DNA from: Alphaproteobacteria bacterium
GTDB lineage: Bacteria; Pseudomonadota; Alphaproteobacteria; SP197
NCBI GenBank assembly: GCA_964291415.2
Contig: OZ219917.1
Location: forward strand, 576,001 to 640,000
DNA length: 64,000 bases
Reading direction: 5' to 3'
The notes under the pieces were generated by a model, which was given only the letters and a program-made list of their open reading frames with translations, had not been told where the DNA came from and did no database searches. The position numbers and the translations under genes are program-made. Numbering within the stretch: position 1 is the first letter of the stretch; every line of letters starts with the position of its first letter. Positions 52,833-62,069 of the stretch are shown in pieces.

Positions 52833-53345
52833 CGTTGTGCCTCCCTGCACCTATTACAGAATCGCGCGTGATCGTTTCAGGCCGGGCGGGCGGGGTCAAG
52901 CTGCACGGCGGGGCGCCATGACGTTGTCATGAAGAATGACCCCGGCGGATCCGCACGGCAGATGCAGCGTTCCCACATGCGGCTGCGGTCGTGATGTCGG
53001 CTGGATCACAGGCTTTCGCAGCCGACTTGCGCGCCCTGATCCTGGTCGGCACCGGCAGGTCTTCCGTCAAGTGGAACATCGGTTCCGCGCCTTCCCCGCC
53101 ACCAAGCGCCACGGCGCGCCCTGCATCGTCACGGGCAAGCTCCACGGTCACATGCGCAACGACGAGACCGGCACCGGGTGTGCCGGCGGCCGTCCGCGAG
53201 ACCCGTGTGATCACGGTCGGCGACAGGCGTATCTGGTCGACGAGTCGGGAGGAAACCGTCCCGCGCGATGTCGCGTGAACTTGACCGAACCCGTTCGTCG
53301 AGGGAATGATCCCTCCATCAACAAGAGATGTTCCAAGGAGGATCC

Positions 53346-54929
53346 ATGACGTTACCCACCATGACACGACGCGGTGTGCTCAAGGCATCCGCCGGTTCCG
53401 TGGCCGCGGCCACGTTCGTCGACGGACTGCTTGATCCGGGCACGGCCTGGGCGCAGTCGGGCAGACCGCTCAGGCTGCGCTCCAACCGGGCCATCCTGTC
53501 GACCGATCCGGGCTACATGATCGGCGGCTTCGAAATGGTCCTGCAGTACGCGTGCCTTGCCCGTCTGGCCAAGTACACCAACAGCGGTGACACATGGGAC
53601 TGGGAGCCGAGCGAGTTCGTCGAGTCCCTGGACCAGCCCGATCCGCAGACGATCACCTTCGAGTTGAAGAAGGGCATCATGTGGTACGACGGGACCAGCC
53701 ATGAAGAGATCGGCGAACTCAATGCCGAGGACGTCAAGTACTCGCTCGAGCGCATGAAGGTTTCCGAGTGGAAGGACAAGGCGGTGGCTCTCGATCACGT
53801 CGAGGTTACCGGCGGTCATTCGGGAATCATCCACCTCAACCAGCCCTTCGCGCCGATCTGGCTGACCTGGCTGTGCGACGGAACCGGTGCCATTCTCTCG
53901 AAGACCGCGGTGGAGGCGGCCGGCGGCAAGTACGACGGCATGTTCAACTTCTACTGTGGTTACTACCGCGTTTCGGAGTGGCTGCAGAAGCAGAGCTTTA
54001 CGCTGGAGCCGAACCCGAACTGGCCTGGCACACCCCCGGCGATCGCAGATGTGAAGTTCGTCATCATCGATGACGAGAAGACCGCCGAGATCGCCTTCGA
54101 GGCGGGTGAGATCGACATCACCCACATCGCAGTGGATGCCATCCCGCGTCTCACGGAATCGCCGCCCGAAGAAGGGATCGTGAAAGCCTACTCGGGCACA
54201 CAGTGGTACTGGATGGGTCTCAACACGGAGCACCCGAACCTCCAGGACATTCGTGTGCGCCGCGCCATCCAGCACGCGGTCGATGTCGACACCATCCTCG
54301 AGGGTGCTTGGGCGAATGCGGGAACCCGGGCCTACGGCATCGTGCCTCCGGGCCTGATCGGCCACCGCACCGAGGGCAAGTTCGCCAAGCCCGATCTCGA
54401 GGCGGCCCGCGCGCTCATCGCCGAAGCCGGCGCCGAAGGGACCAAGCTCACGCTCAAGACCATCAACCTTCAGGACCGCATGGCCGCGGCCACGATCATC
54501 CAGGCCAACCTTGCAGACATTGGTCTCGAGGTTGATGTCATTCCAATGGATGCCGGGCCCTTCTGGAACCTGGGCCTCGAAGTCGAGGGCGACGAGTGGA
54601 AGGATCTCGAGCTGTGGATCATGTCCTACCTTGATTCTCCCGATCCCAGCCAGATGACCCAGTGGTTCATCTCTGATCAGGTCGGCGTGTGGAACTGGGA
54701 GCGCTGGAGCGACGAGGAGTTCGACCAGCTGTTCCAGTCGGGTCTCTCCGAGACGGACATGGCCAAGCGCCACGACATCTACGTCCGCATGCAGGAGATC
54801 ATGGAGGACACGGGCGGCTATGTGTGGCTCATGTTCCCGCCCAACGGAGTCATGTACCGCGAAGGTTTGGAGCCTGTGATCACACCCAACGGCTATATCT
54901 GGCAGACTCAGCACTTCCGCTGGACCTGA
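53346..54929 (+). CDS. ABC transporter solute-binding protein, family 5, Tat signal (paralog 2)
   Basis: TRRGVL Tat motif; colinear with and highly similar to paralog 1. Confidence 0.92.
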   Translation: MTLPTMTRRGVLKASAGSVAAATFVDGLLDPGTAWAQSGRPLRLRSNRAILSTDPGYMIGGFEMVLQYACLARLAKYTNSGDTWDWEPSEFVESLDQPDPQTITFELKKGIMWYDGTSHEEIGELNAEDVKYSLERMKVSEWKDKAVALDHVEVTGGHSGIIHLNQPFAPIWLTWLCDGTGAILSKTAVEAAGGKYDGMFNFYCGYYRVSEWLQKQSFTLEPNPNWPGTPPAIADVKFVIIDDEKTAEIAFEAGEIDITHIAVDAIPRLTESPPEEGIVKAYSGTQWYWMGLNTEHPNLQDIRVRRAIQHAVDVDTILEGAWANAGTRAYGIVPPGLIGHRTEGKFAKPDLEAARALIAEAGAEGTKLTLKTINLQDRMAAATIIQANLADIGLEVDVIPMDAGPFWNLGLEVEGDEWKDLELWIMSYLDSPDPSQMTQWFISDQVGVWNWERWSDEEFDQLFQSGLSETDMAKRHDIYVRMQEIMEDTGGYVWLMFPPNGVMYREGLEPVITPNGYIWQTQHFRWT

Positions 54930-54936
54930 ACCTCCA

Positions 54937-54974
54937 CGCCCTGCCGGCCACCCGGGTCGGCAGGGCGCGTTTCC
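54937..54974 (+). terminator. Hairpin after SBP paralog 2
   Basis: cgccctgccggcc-acccg-ggtcggcagggcg followed by cgtttcc. Confidence 0.55.
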
Positions 54975-55078
54975 TGCGGCCTGGACGGTCCGGCATGGCC
55001 GCGCCCATCGGCCTGTTCACCCGAATTGCGTCTGGCCTGCCTTGAACGGATGAATCACGCATAACACCGGCTTCAAGG

Positions 55079-55111
55079 ATGAAAATTCGAATGCAAGGTT
55101 CGAATTTTCAT
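55079..55111. promoter_or_regulatory. Perfect 13-bp inverted repeat upstream of the ATPase
   Basis: atgaaaattcgaa-tgcaagg-ttcgaattttcat, 22 bp before the ATG. Confidence 0.7.
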
Positions 55112-55133
55112 GTTTGTGTGGTACCATTCGACC

Positions 55134-56288
55134 ATGCACTACCTTCCTCGTCCCCGGGAACTGGAGGCCGTCAGGGCCGGTTTGCGCCGCGCACCCGTGA
55201 CGGCGCTTCTGGGACCCCGCCAGTGCGGCAAGACCACGCTGGCGCGGGAACTGGCGGCGGACCACTACTTCGATCTTGAGGATCCGAGGAGCCTGGCCCG
55301 GCTGGACGAACCGCAAACAGCCCTGGAGGATTTGACAGGCACCGTCGTGATCGACGAGGTGCAGCGCAAGCCGGATCTCTTTCCCCTGCTGCGTGTCCTC
55401 GCGGATCGCCATCACCAGGCAGCACGATACCTGCTGCTTGGCAGCGCCTCGCCGAACCTGGTGAAGGAGGTATCCGAGAGTCTCGCCGGTCGGATAGCGT
55501 ATCACGATCTTGGCCCGTTGACGGTCGACGAGACAGGCGCTTCCGCATGGCGCCGTCTGTGGCTCCGCGGCGGGTTCCCCCGGAGCTATCTGGCCGACGA
55601 TGACGCGGAGTCCGTCCTGTGGCGCGACGACTTCGTGCGCAGTCACCTGGAGCGCGACATCCCGGCCCTTGGCATCTCCGTCCCGTCGGAGACCCTGCGG
55701 CGATTCTGGGTGATGGTGAGCCACTATCACGGACAGGTGCTGAACCTCTCCGAGCTTGGCCGGTCATTCGGTGTTTCCGATCACGCGGTCCGCCGCTACC
55801 TCGAGATTCTGAGCGGTACCTACATGATCAGGCTGGTGCCCCCGTGGTACGCGAACATCGGCAAGCGGCTGGTGAAGGCGCCCAAGCTCTACGTTCGCGA
55901 CAGCGGCCTTCTCCACTCGCTGCACACCATCGCCACACCCGGGCAGCTGGAGTCCCACCCGAAGCTCGGCGCATCGTGGGAGGGCTTCGCCATGGAGCAG
56001 GCCATCCGCCTCATGGACGTGTCCCGTCCACACTTCTGGCGCACCCACACCGGCGCGGAACTCGATCTTGTCTGGCAGGCACGTGGGGCGTTGTGGGGAA
56101 TGGAGTTCAAGTACCAGGACGCGCCCGCCATGACGAAGAGCATGCATGCGGTGTTGCGCGACCTGCCGGTTCAGCACGTGTGGGTCGTCTACCCCGGCCA
56201 CGAGGGCTATCGGCTCGACGAGAAGGTCTCCGTGCTGCCTGTCACCGGACTCCCCGAGGTGGCGCATGACTTTCGCACGAGCGCCTGA
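55134..56288 (+). CDS. AAA_14 ATPase with DUF4143 domain
   Basis: GPRQCGKTT, VIDEVQ, LLGSAS, ESLAGRI, RGGFP, KRLVKAPKLYVRDSGLL, ELDL...MEFK. Confidence 0.92.
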   Translation: MHYLPRPRELEAVRAGLRRAPVTALLGPRQCGKTTLARELAADHYFDLEDPRSLARLDEPQTALEDLTGTVVIDEVQRKPDLFPLLRVLADRHHQAARYLLLGSASPNLVKEVSESLAGRIAYHDLGPLTVDETGASAWRRLWLRGGFPRSYLADDDAESVLWRDDFVRSHLERDIPALGISVPSETLRRFWVMVSHYHGQVLNLSELGRSFGVSDHAVRRYLEILSGTYMIRLVPPWYANIGKRLVKAPKLYVRDSGLLHSLHTIATPGQLESHPKLGASWEGFAMEQAIRLMDVSRPHFWRTHTGAELDLVWQARGALWGMEFKYQDAPAMTKSMHAVLRDLPVQHVWVVYPGHEGYRLDEKVSVLPVTGLPEVAHDFRTSA

Positions 56289-56424
56289 ACGCTCGCCAGC
56301 GGCGGCTTCGGTCGTGTGTGAACGCCTGACTGAGAGATTGTCTGGTCGGTCGCCTCCCTTGCCGGATGTTTCCGGAACGGCCTTGCCCGCAGGCCTCTTG
56401 ACGGTCGGATCGTTCGTGCCGGCC

Positions 56425-57924
56425 CTACCACTTGGCGATGAGCCGGGTTCCGGCGTTTGGGGCGGCCGGGAAGGACGCGGTCAGGACTTCGGCAAGCGAA
56501 TCCCGGTGGATGCGGTGGGCCGGGTCGTGGAAGAGATTGTGGTGTTCCTCCGGATCGGCCTCGAGATCGAAGAGCTCGCCCCAGTCTGCCTCGCTGTCAG
56601 GATAGAGAGTGAGACGCCAGCCATCGGTGACGATGGAGTGGTTGTAGAGGCGCTGATCGATTCGTGGGTGGTACTCGAGAAAGCGCGCCTCGCGGTCGAG
56701 GGAACGGCCCTCGAAGAGCGGCCTCAGGGGGATTCCGTCGAGACCGGGTGGCGGGGCGATGCCGGCGAGATCAAGCAGCGTCGGCATGATGTCGAGGTGG
56801 CTCGATGGCGCCGTCGTGGTGCTGCCTGCGGGGATTCCCGGTCCTGCCATGATAAAGCTCACCCGGGTGAGGTCGCGCCAGGGCGGTGGTCCCTTGTGCA
56901 GCAATCCGTGGTGACCGAGAAACTCGCCGTGGTCGGAGGTGAAGATGACCACCGTGTCATCGGCGAAGCCGAGGCTAGCGAGTGCAGCCAGGATCCGTCC
57001 GAAGGCGTGATCCACCTGGGATTCCATGCCCCGCGTCAGGCCGATCGCCCGGCCGAGACTGGCATCCGACATTCCTGACGTGAGGGTCATCCCTCCCTGC
57101 TCGACGGCCGCAGCCGCATTGTCGATCCAGTCTGCCGCCAGGTGCTGGTGGACATAGTCAGGCATCCGCTTGAGCTCTCCCGGGTCATGACGGGGCAGCG
57201 GACCGGGCCCATGGAGGTCCGCCCATGGCCGTGGCGGGCTGAACGGGTGATGGGGATCGGGCGTCGAGACGAACATCATGAAGGGCGGCCGGGCGCGCTC
57301 GAGGAAGGCGATCGCCCTGTCGGCGATCCACGTGTTGTAGTGAAGCGTATCCGGCACCGCCGATACCCAGGCCTCGGACAGATCATCGAGCGGGCCCTCG
57401 AGGGCGGCGGCGGGCTGGAAGAGCGGCACGGTCTGCGGGTGTTCCTTCTTCAGCCAGTTGGCGTAGTGACCGCCTTCGGTGACGAGCAGGGATTCACCGA
57501 TCACGAACTCCACCGTGCGGTAGCCGAAATAGGGTCCGGTCCAGTCCACGTGGCCGTCCGATGCCCAGAAGGCGACCGATTCCGGATAGCCGCGATCCTC
57601 GTGAGCAAGGATCGGCTGCAGGTGGAGCTTGCCCACGGCGTGGGTGTCGTATCCGGCTTCCGCGAGAAGGGCCGGCAGGACGGGGAGCCCGTCCTTGAGG
57701 GTGCGCCCGTTGGTCGTCATGCCGTGGCGCCTGGGATAGAGCCCCGTGATCATGGCGCCTCGGCTCGGGCAGCAGATCTGGTTGGGGGTGAGGTGATTGT
57801 CGAACATGAGGCCGCGTGCTGCCAGAGCATCGAGATGGGGGGTGGACGCCGCGGTCTGGCCATAGCAACCCAGACTGTCGGCGCGCTGCTGGTCGGTGCA
57901 CAGGAAGAGAATGTTCGGACGCAT
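56425..57924 (-). CDS. Formylglycine-type sulfatase
   Basis: RPNILFLCTDQQR, CCPSR (CxPxR), GKLH, PHHP, TSDHGE, ELFDLEADPEE. Confidence 0.92.
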   Translation of the reverse strand: MRPNILFLCTDQQRADSLGCYGQTAASTPHLDALAARGLMFDNHLTPNQICCPSRGAMITGLYPRRHGMTTNGRTLKDGLPVLPALLAEAGYDTHAVGKLHLQPILAHEDRGYPESVAFWASDGHVDWTGPYFGYRTVEFVIGESLLVTEGGHYANWLKKEHPQTVPLFQPAAALEGPLDDLSEAWVSAVPDTLHYNTWIADRAIAFLERARPPFMMFVSTPDPHHPFSPPRPWADLHGPGPLPRHDPGELKRMPDYVHQHLAADWIDNAAAAVEQGGMTLTSGMSDASLGRAIGLTRGMESQVDHAFGRILAALASLGFADDTVVIFTSDHGEFLGHHGLLHKGPPPWRDLTRVSFIMAGPGIPAGSTTTAPSSHLDIMPTLLDLAGIAPPPGLDGIPLRPLFEGRSLDREARFLEYHPRIDQRLYNHSIVTDGWRLTLYPDSEADWGELFDLEADPEEHHNLFHDPAHRIHRDSLAEVLTASFPAAPNAGTRLIAKW

Positions 57925-57933
57925 TGGTCCTGC

Positions 57934-59271
57934 TCAGTAGGGTCCGGGCACGATCCTTGTTCCGTCGGCAAAGCGTCCCGGACGGAAGCGCTGCAGGTCG
58001 TGACCGGGACTGCGGCCAGTGACGAGATCGGCCATGATGCGTCCGATGGCAGGGCCAATGCCGAATCCGTGGCCGCTGAAGCCGGTGGCCACGAAGAGCC
58101 CGGGTATCGGCAGTTCACCGAGAATGGGGACGGCGTCGGGCGTGACATCGATCATGCCGGCCCAGGCCTCGGCGAGTCCCGCCCTTGCAAGGGCAGGCGC
58201 CCGCCGGGGCAGGCGTTCCTCGAGGCGGCGGATGACGAGCGGCGATGGCGGCGGATTGAGGACGCGCTGGCGTTCGTAGGGAGACTCCTCGTCCGCAGAC
58301 CAACGGCGGGTGAGACCCCAGCTCCCCGGATAGCCGGCGGGCGCAGCCGGTCGCAACTTGACGTCGCGTGCCGACTTGCGCAGCAGGGGCACGAACCGCA
58401 TGGCGTGCCGGAAGGACGGTGGTCCGACGTAGTGTTCGGCGACATCTCCGGTGGAGACCGTGTAGCCGCCGTCGGCGCGTCGCCGTGTGGCCAGCCCGGG
58501 AACCGACATGTTGAGCGGCAGGATGTCGTCCGACGGGGAGGTTCGCGCCGCAGTCGAGCGCACCACCAGCTGCGCCAGGTCGATGCCGCAATTGGCGGCA
58601 AATCCGGATGACCACGCGCCACCGGCAAGGAGCAGGCGATCGCAGGCAACGCGGCCCTTCTCGGTGACGACGCCGGTGATCCGTCCGCCCGCGATGTCGG
58701 GAAGGCGTGCCGCGCACTCCTCGATGACGGTCACACCCCGGTCCTGAAGAGCGCGCGCCCAGGCCGGCGCCGCGCGTTCGGGTTCGGCGCGGCCGTCCGA
58801 TGCGGTCATCATGCCGCCGACGAAGCTGCCACCCATGGCGGCAAACCGGTCCTCCACCTCGCGGGCGCTGAGCAGGACCGTGTCGAGCTGGTGTTCCCGG
58901 GCGATGGCGTGCCACGTTTCCATGCCCCCGATCGCCTCCGCGTTCTCCACCAGCTTGACGCACGCCGACTGAGTGAACGCGAGGTCCGCGGCGCCGGTGG
59001 CGGCTGCCAGACCGCGCCAGATCCGGTTCGACTCCATCATGATCGGGAGTTCCGCCGCATCGCGGCCCTGCTGGCGCACCCAGCCCCAGTTCCTGCTCGA
59101 CTGTTCTCCGGCAATCCGACCCTTCTCGACCACAAGCACCCTGTCACCGCGCTCGGCGAGGAACCACGCGCTGGCAATGCCGGCGATACCGCCGCCGATG
59201 ACGACGACATCGACGCGTTCGGGAAGCGGATCCCGGAAGGTCACGGGGCTGTGGTGGCTGAGCATGGGCAT
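57934..59271 (-). CDS. FAD-dependent oxidoreductase (D-amino acid oxidase family)
   Basis: IGGGIAG, EQSSRNWGW, WAGMIDVTPD, GFSGHGFGIGP. Confidence 0.92.
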   Translation of the reverse strand: MPMLSHHSPVTFRDPLPERVDVVVIGGGIAGIASAWFLAERGDRVLVVEKGRIAGEQSSRNWGWVRQQGRDAAELPIMMESNRIWRGLAAATGAADLAFTQSACVKLVENAEAIGGMETWHAIAREHQLDTVLLSAREVEDRFAAMGGSFVGGMMTASDGRAEPERAAPAWARALQDRGVTVIEECAARLPDIAGGRITGVVTEKGRVACDRLLLAGGAWSSGFAANCGIDLAQLVVRSTAARTSPSDDILPLNMSVPGLATRRRADGGYTVSTGDVAEHYVGPPSFRHAMRFVPLLRKSARDVKLRPAAPAGYPGSWGLTRRWSADEESPYERQRVLNPPPSPLVIRRLEERLPRRAPALARAGLAEAWAGMIDVTPDAVPILGELPIPGLFVATGFSGHGFGIGPAIGRIMADLVTGRSPGHDLQRFRPGRFADGTRIVPGPY

Positions 59272-59609
59272 CAACAGGCATCCCGGGCGCAACGGATGCA
59301 CAGGGTGACGGTGGGGTCGAAGTCAAGACGGGCCCCGGCAATCGTTTCGCCACACTCGGTGCACAGGCCCCAGGTGCCGTCGGCCAGACGCTCGAGGGCC
59401 GCCTCGATCCGTTGACGCTCGCCGCGCCGCCGCCTTTCCTGTGCCTTGGCCATCGCCTGGATCTGCAGGGCGTCCATGCGCGACAGCCGGCCGACCCGAG
59501 ACTGATCGAGCATCACCGGCGCGCGTTCGCTGGCCGTGGCCGCCCGATCATCGTCGATCCGGGCGAGCCGATCCTTGAGAAGGCGTTCGATTCCGGCGTT
59601 GTCGTGCAT
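59271..59609 (-). CDS. TraR/DksA C4 zinc-finger protein
   Basis: VGRLSRMDALQ, GLCTECGETI...RL...TLCIRCA. Confidence 0.9.
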   Translation of the reverse strand: MHDNAGIERLLKDRLARIDDDRAATASERAPVMLDQSRVGRLSRMDALQIQAMAKAQERRRRGERQRIEAALERLADGTWGLCTECGETIAGARLDFDPTVTLCIRCARDAC

Positions 59610-59702
59610 GGCGGGGCGAAGTCTACAGGCAAGGCATGAAGATTGAACAGCGGCACCGTTGATGTGTATCGTTCACCGGGCACCAGCTTCACGAGAGACG
59701 TC

Positions 59703-60821
59703 ATGGCCGTGGTCACCTCTCTTCCGGTCACCGGATTCCAGGATGATCCGGAACGATCCCAGACGATGTCGGCATCCTTCTACCACGACCCGGCGATCTA
59801 CGAGCGTGAGAAGCGCAGGATCTTCCATGCCACCTGGCAGTATGTCGGGCATGTCTCGATGGTGCCGGACAACGGCAGCTACATCGTGCGCGACATCGTC
59901 GATCAGAGCGTGATCGTGCTGCGCGACGCGAAGGGCGAGATCAAGGCCTTTTTCAATGTCTGCCAGCACCGTGCCCACCGCCTGCTTGAGGGTGAGGGTC
60001 GTCTCGGTCCGATCATCACGTGCCCCTATCACAACTGGGCCTATGATCAGAGCGGCGCCCTGCGCACGGCGCGGGGCAGTGAGCGCATGGCCGGCTTTGA
60101 TGCCTCCGCATACCATCTCGAGGAGGTCCCCGTCGGCGAGATGCTGGGTTTTCTCTTCGTCAACCTCGATGGCAACGCGCCGCCCTTCGGCCAGGTGACC
60201 GCGGCGCTCCAGGCCGAGATCGCATCCTTCTCTCCGATGGCGGCGGCACTGAAATGCGCCGATCGCAGCGAGTACCCTCTCAAGGCCAACTGGAAGAACT
60301 CGGTGGAGAACTACGATGAGTGCTTCCATTGCCCGAACCAGCACCGTTCGCTGATCGAAGAGGCGATTGACTGGGAGAGCTATCGCATCGCCACCCACGA
60401 CCATCACCACGCCCACTATTCGGTTGAGAAGAACGTGGGTTACCAGTCGGTGACAAGGGGAGCGGCGAAGCCGGAGAGCTTTGCCAGTTGGCTTCTGTGG
60501 CCCAACTGGGTGTGTGAGGCCTATCCGGGCGGCAACCTGACCGTGTTCCACCACGTTCCACTGGGGCCCGAGGAAACAGTGCAGCGCTGCGAGTGGTACT
60601 TTCCGCAATCCACGCCGACCCCCGAGGAGCAGGAGGTCATCGACTTTGTGCACGAAGTCCGCCTTGAGGACATCCCGCTGTGCGAGAGCGTACAGCAGGG
60701 ACTGCACTCACTCGGCTATCGTCAGGGCCGGTTCATCGTCGACCCTGAGCGCAGCCAGTACAGCGAACATGCAGTGCACGACTTCCAGGCCAAATGGCTG
60801 AGCGCCATGGGTGATCCCTGA
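59703..60821 (+). CDS. Rieske oxygenase alpha subunit, CntA/quaternary-amine type
   Basis: CQHRAH, CPYHNW, NWK...ENYDECFHCPNQH, EDIPLCESVQQG. Confidence 0.88.
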   Translation: MAVVTSLPVTGFQDDPERSQTMSASFYHDPAIYEREKRRIFHATWQYVGHVSMVPDNGSYIVRDIVDQSVIVLRDAKGEIKAFFNVCQHRAHRLLEGEGRLGPIITCPYHNWAYDQSGALRTARGSERMAGFDASAYHLEEVPVGEMLGFLFVNLDGNAPPFGQVTAALQAEIASFSPMAAALKCADRSEYPLKANWKNSVENYDECFHCPNQHRSLIEEAIDWESYRIATHDHHHAHYSVEKNVGYQSVTRGAAKPESFASWLLWPNWVCEAYPGGNLTVFHHVPLGPEETVQRCEWYFPQSTPTPEEQEVIDFVHEVRLEDIPLCESVQQGLHSLGYRQGRFIVDPERSQYSEHAVHDFQAKWLSAMGDP

Positions 60822-60858
60822 AACGCCGGGCGGTGTAAGTCAGGACCGGAATGCCGGT

Positions 60859-61389
60859 TCAGGCAGGCTCCACCCATGTTGCCAGGGGCCCCCGGTCGCC
60901 TTCGCGCCAGCGGACCCGCACCCGCTGGTTGGATTCCAGCATCGGAATGCCGGCTCTCGTGAGAATGCGTCCGGGAAGGAAGATGTCCCGGTCACTGTCG
61001 TCGGGAACGATGAAGCCGAAACCCCTGTTGGTGTCGAAGAACTTCACCGTGCCGTCGGTCTCGTGCTCGTCACCATAGGAGCCCTGCCATTCACGAGGCC
61101 CCCCGCCTCGGTCACGGGGAGGCGCCGGTTCCGCTGTCGACACGTCGACCTTGTGGAGGTTGGAAACCTGGAATCCCCGATCCGTACGGATGATGTCACA
61201 CTCGATGGTGGCACCGTTGGGGATATCACTCAGGCCAGCCTGGGTCACGGCGGAGGCGTGGATAAACACATCAGGTTCGTCGGGATTGACCTGAACGAAA
61301 CCGAATCCCTTTGTCGAATTGTACCACTTGACTGTGGCCGAGACGTTGAGACGGCTGCCCGGGGATTCCGATTCATACTCGTCAGACAT
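60859..61389 (-). CDS. Two-domain cold-shock protein
   Basis: VKWYNSTKGFGFV...DVFIH and VKFFDTNRGFGFI...DIFL. Confidence 0.92.
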   Translation of the reverse strand: MSDEYESESPGSRLNVSATVKWYNSTKGFGFVQVNPDEPDVFIHASAVTQAGLSDIPNGATIECDIIRTDRGFQVSNLHKVDVSTAEPAPPRDRGGGPREWQGSYGDEHETDGTVKFFDTNRGFGFIVPDDSDRDIFLPGRILTRAGIPMLESNQRVRVRWREGDRGPLATWVEPA

Positions 61390-61780
61390 GCGCATTGTTC
61401 CAGTGTTGCAAGGTGTCCGCTCCCGTTCTGCTTGTGATCACGGGACTCCTAAATGGGAGGTACAGGCTTCCGGCAGGCAAGCCACAATGTCTCCGGTTGC
61501 CGCGGACGTCCCCCATGGTGAACCAAATTCTGTGACAGACAAGCAAAAAGTTTAATCGTGCCCCTGATCGCACGTGCCAGCCGGGTCTTCGCTGTTCCCG
61601 GACCCCCCTTGCAGCGTAACGCCGCGGACATGCGGAGGCTCCGGGTGGCAGCCCGTTGCAGACCCGGCTATGCGGCCTCCAGCGCTTGCACTTCGCCGGT
61701 CTTTGGTCCACATGGAGCAGGACAACCCGTCCTGCCGGGTTTCCGGAAGGACGGACGTGATAACAACAAGGGAGTCCTGC

Positions 61781-62065
61781 ATGTCGAAAGAGGATTTGAT
61801 AGAAGCTGATGGTGTCGTGACGGAAGTTCTTCCCGACGCCCATTTTCGAGTTGAGCTCGACAACGGCCACAAGGTGATGGCCTACACGTCAGGCCGCATG
61901 CGCAAGGCCAGGATCCGTGTGCTGACGGGTGACCGCGTCACGGTCGAGATGACGCCCTACGATCTTACGAAGGCGCGCATCAATTTCCGTCACAAGGACG
62001 AAAGCAGTGCGGCACGCGTGCCCGGGGCCAACCCCCGCAGGTTCCCCCGCAATCGCCGTCGCTGA
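61781..62065 (+). CDS. infA: Translation initiation factor IF-1 with basic C-terminal extension
   Basis: [17 protein letters not shown]...[18 protein letters not shown]. Confidence 0.95.
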   Translation: MSKEDLIEADGVVTEVLPDAHFRVELDNGHKVMAYTSGRMRKARIRVLTGDRVTVEMTPYDLTKARINFRHKDESSAARVPGANPRRFPRNRRR

Positions 62066-62069
62066 CGGC

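Noticed and set aside
52927-53340. ORFs in the spacer between the SBP paralogs, faintly like an Asp/Glu racemase C-terminus
   Set aside because: No catalytic motif or credible start; cannot be supported by eye
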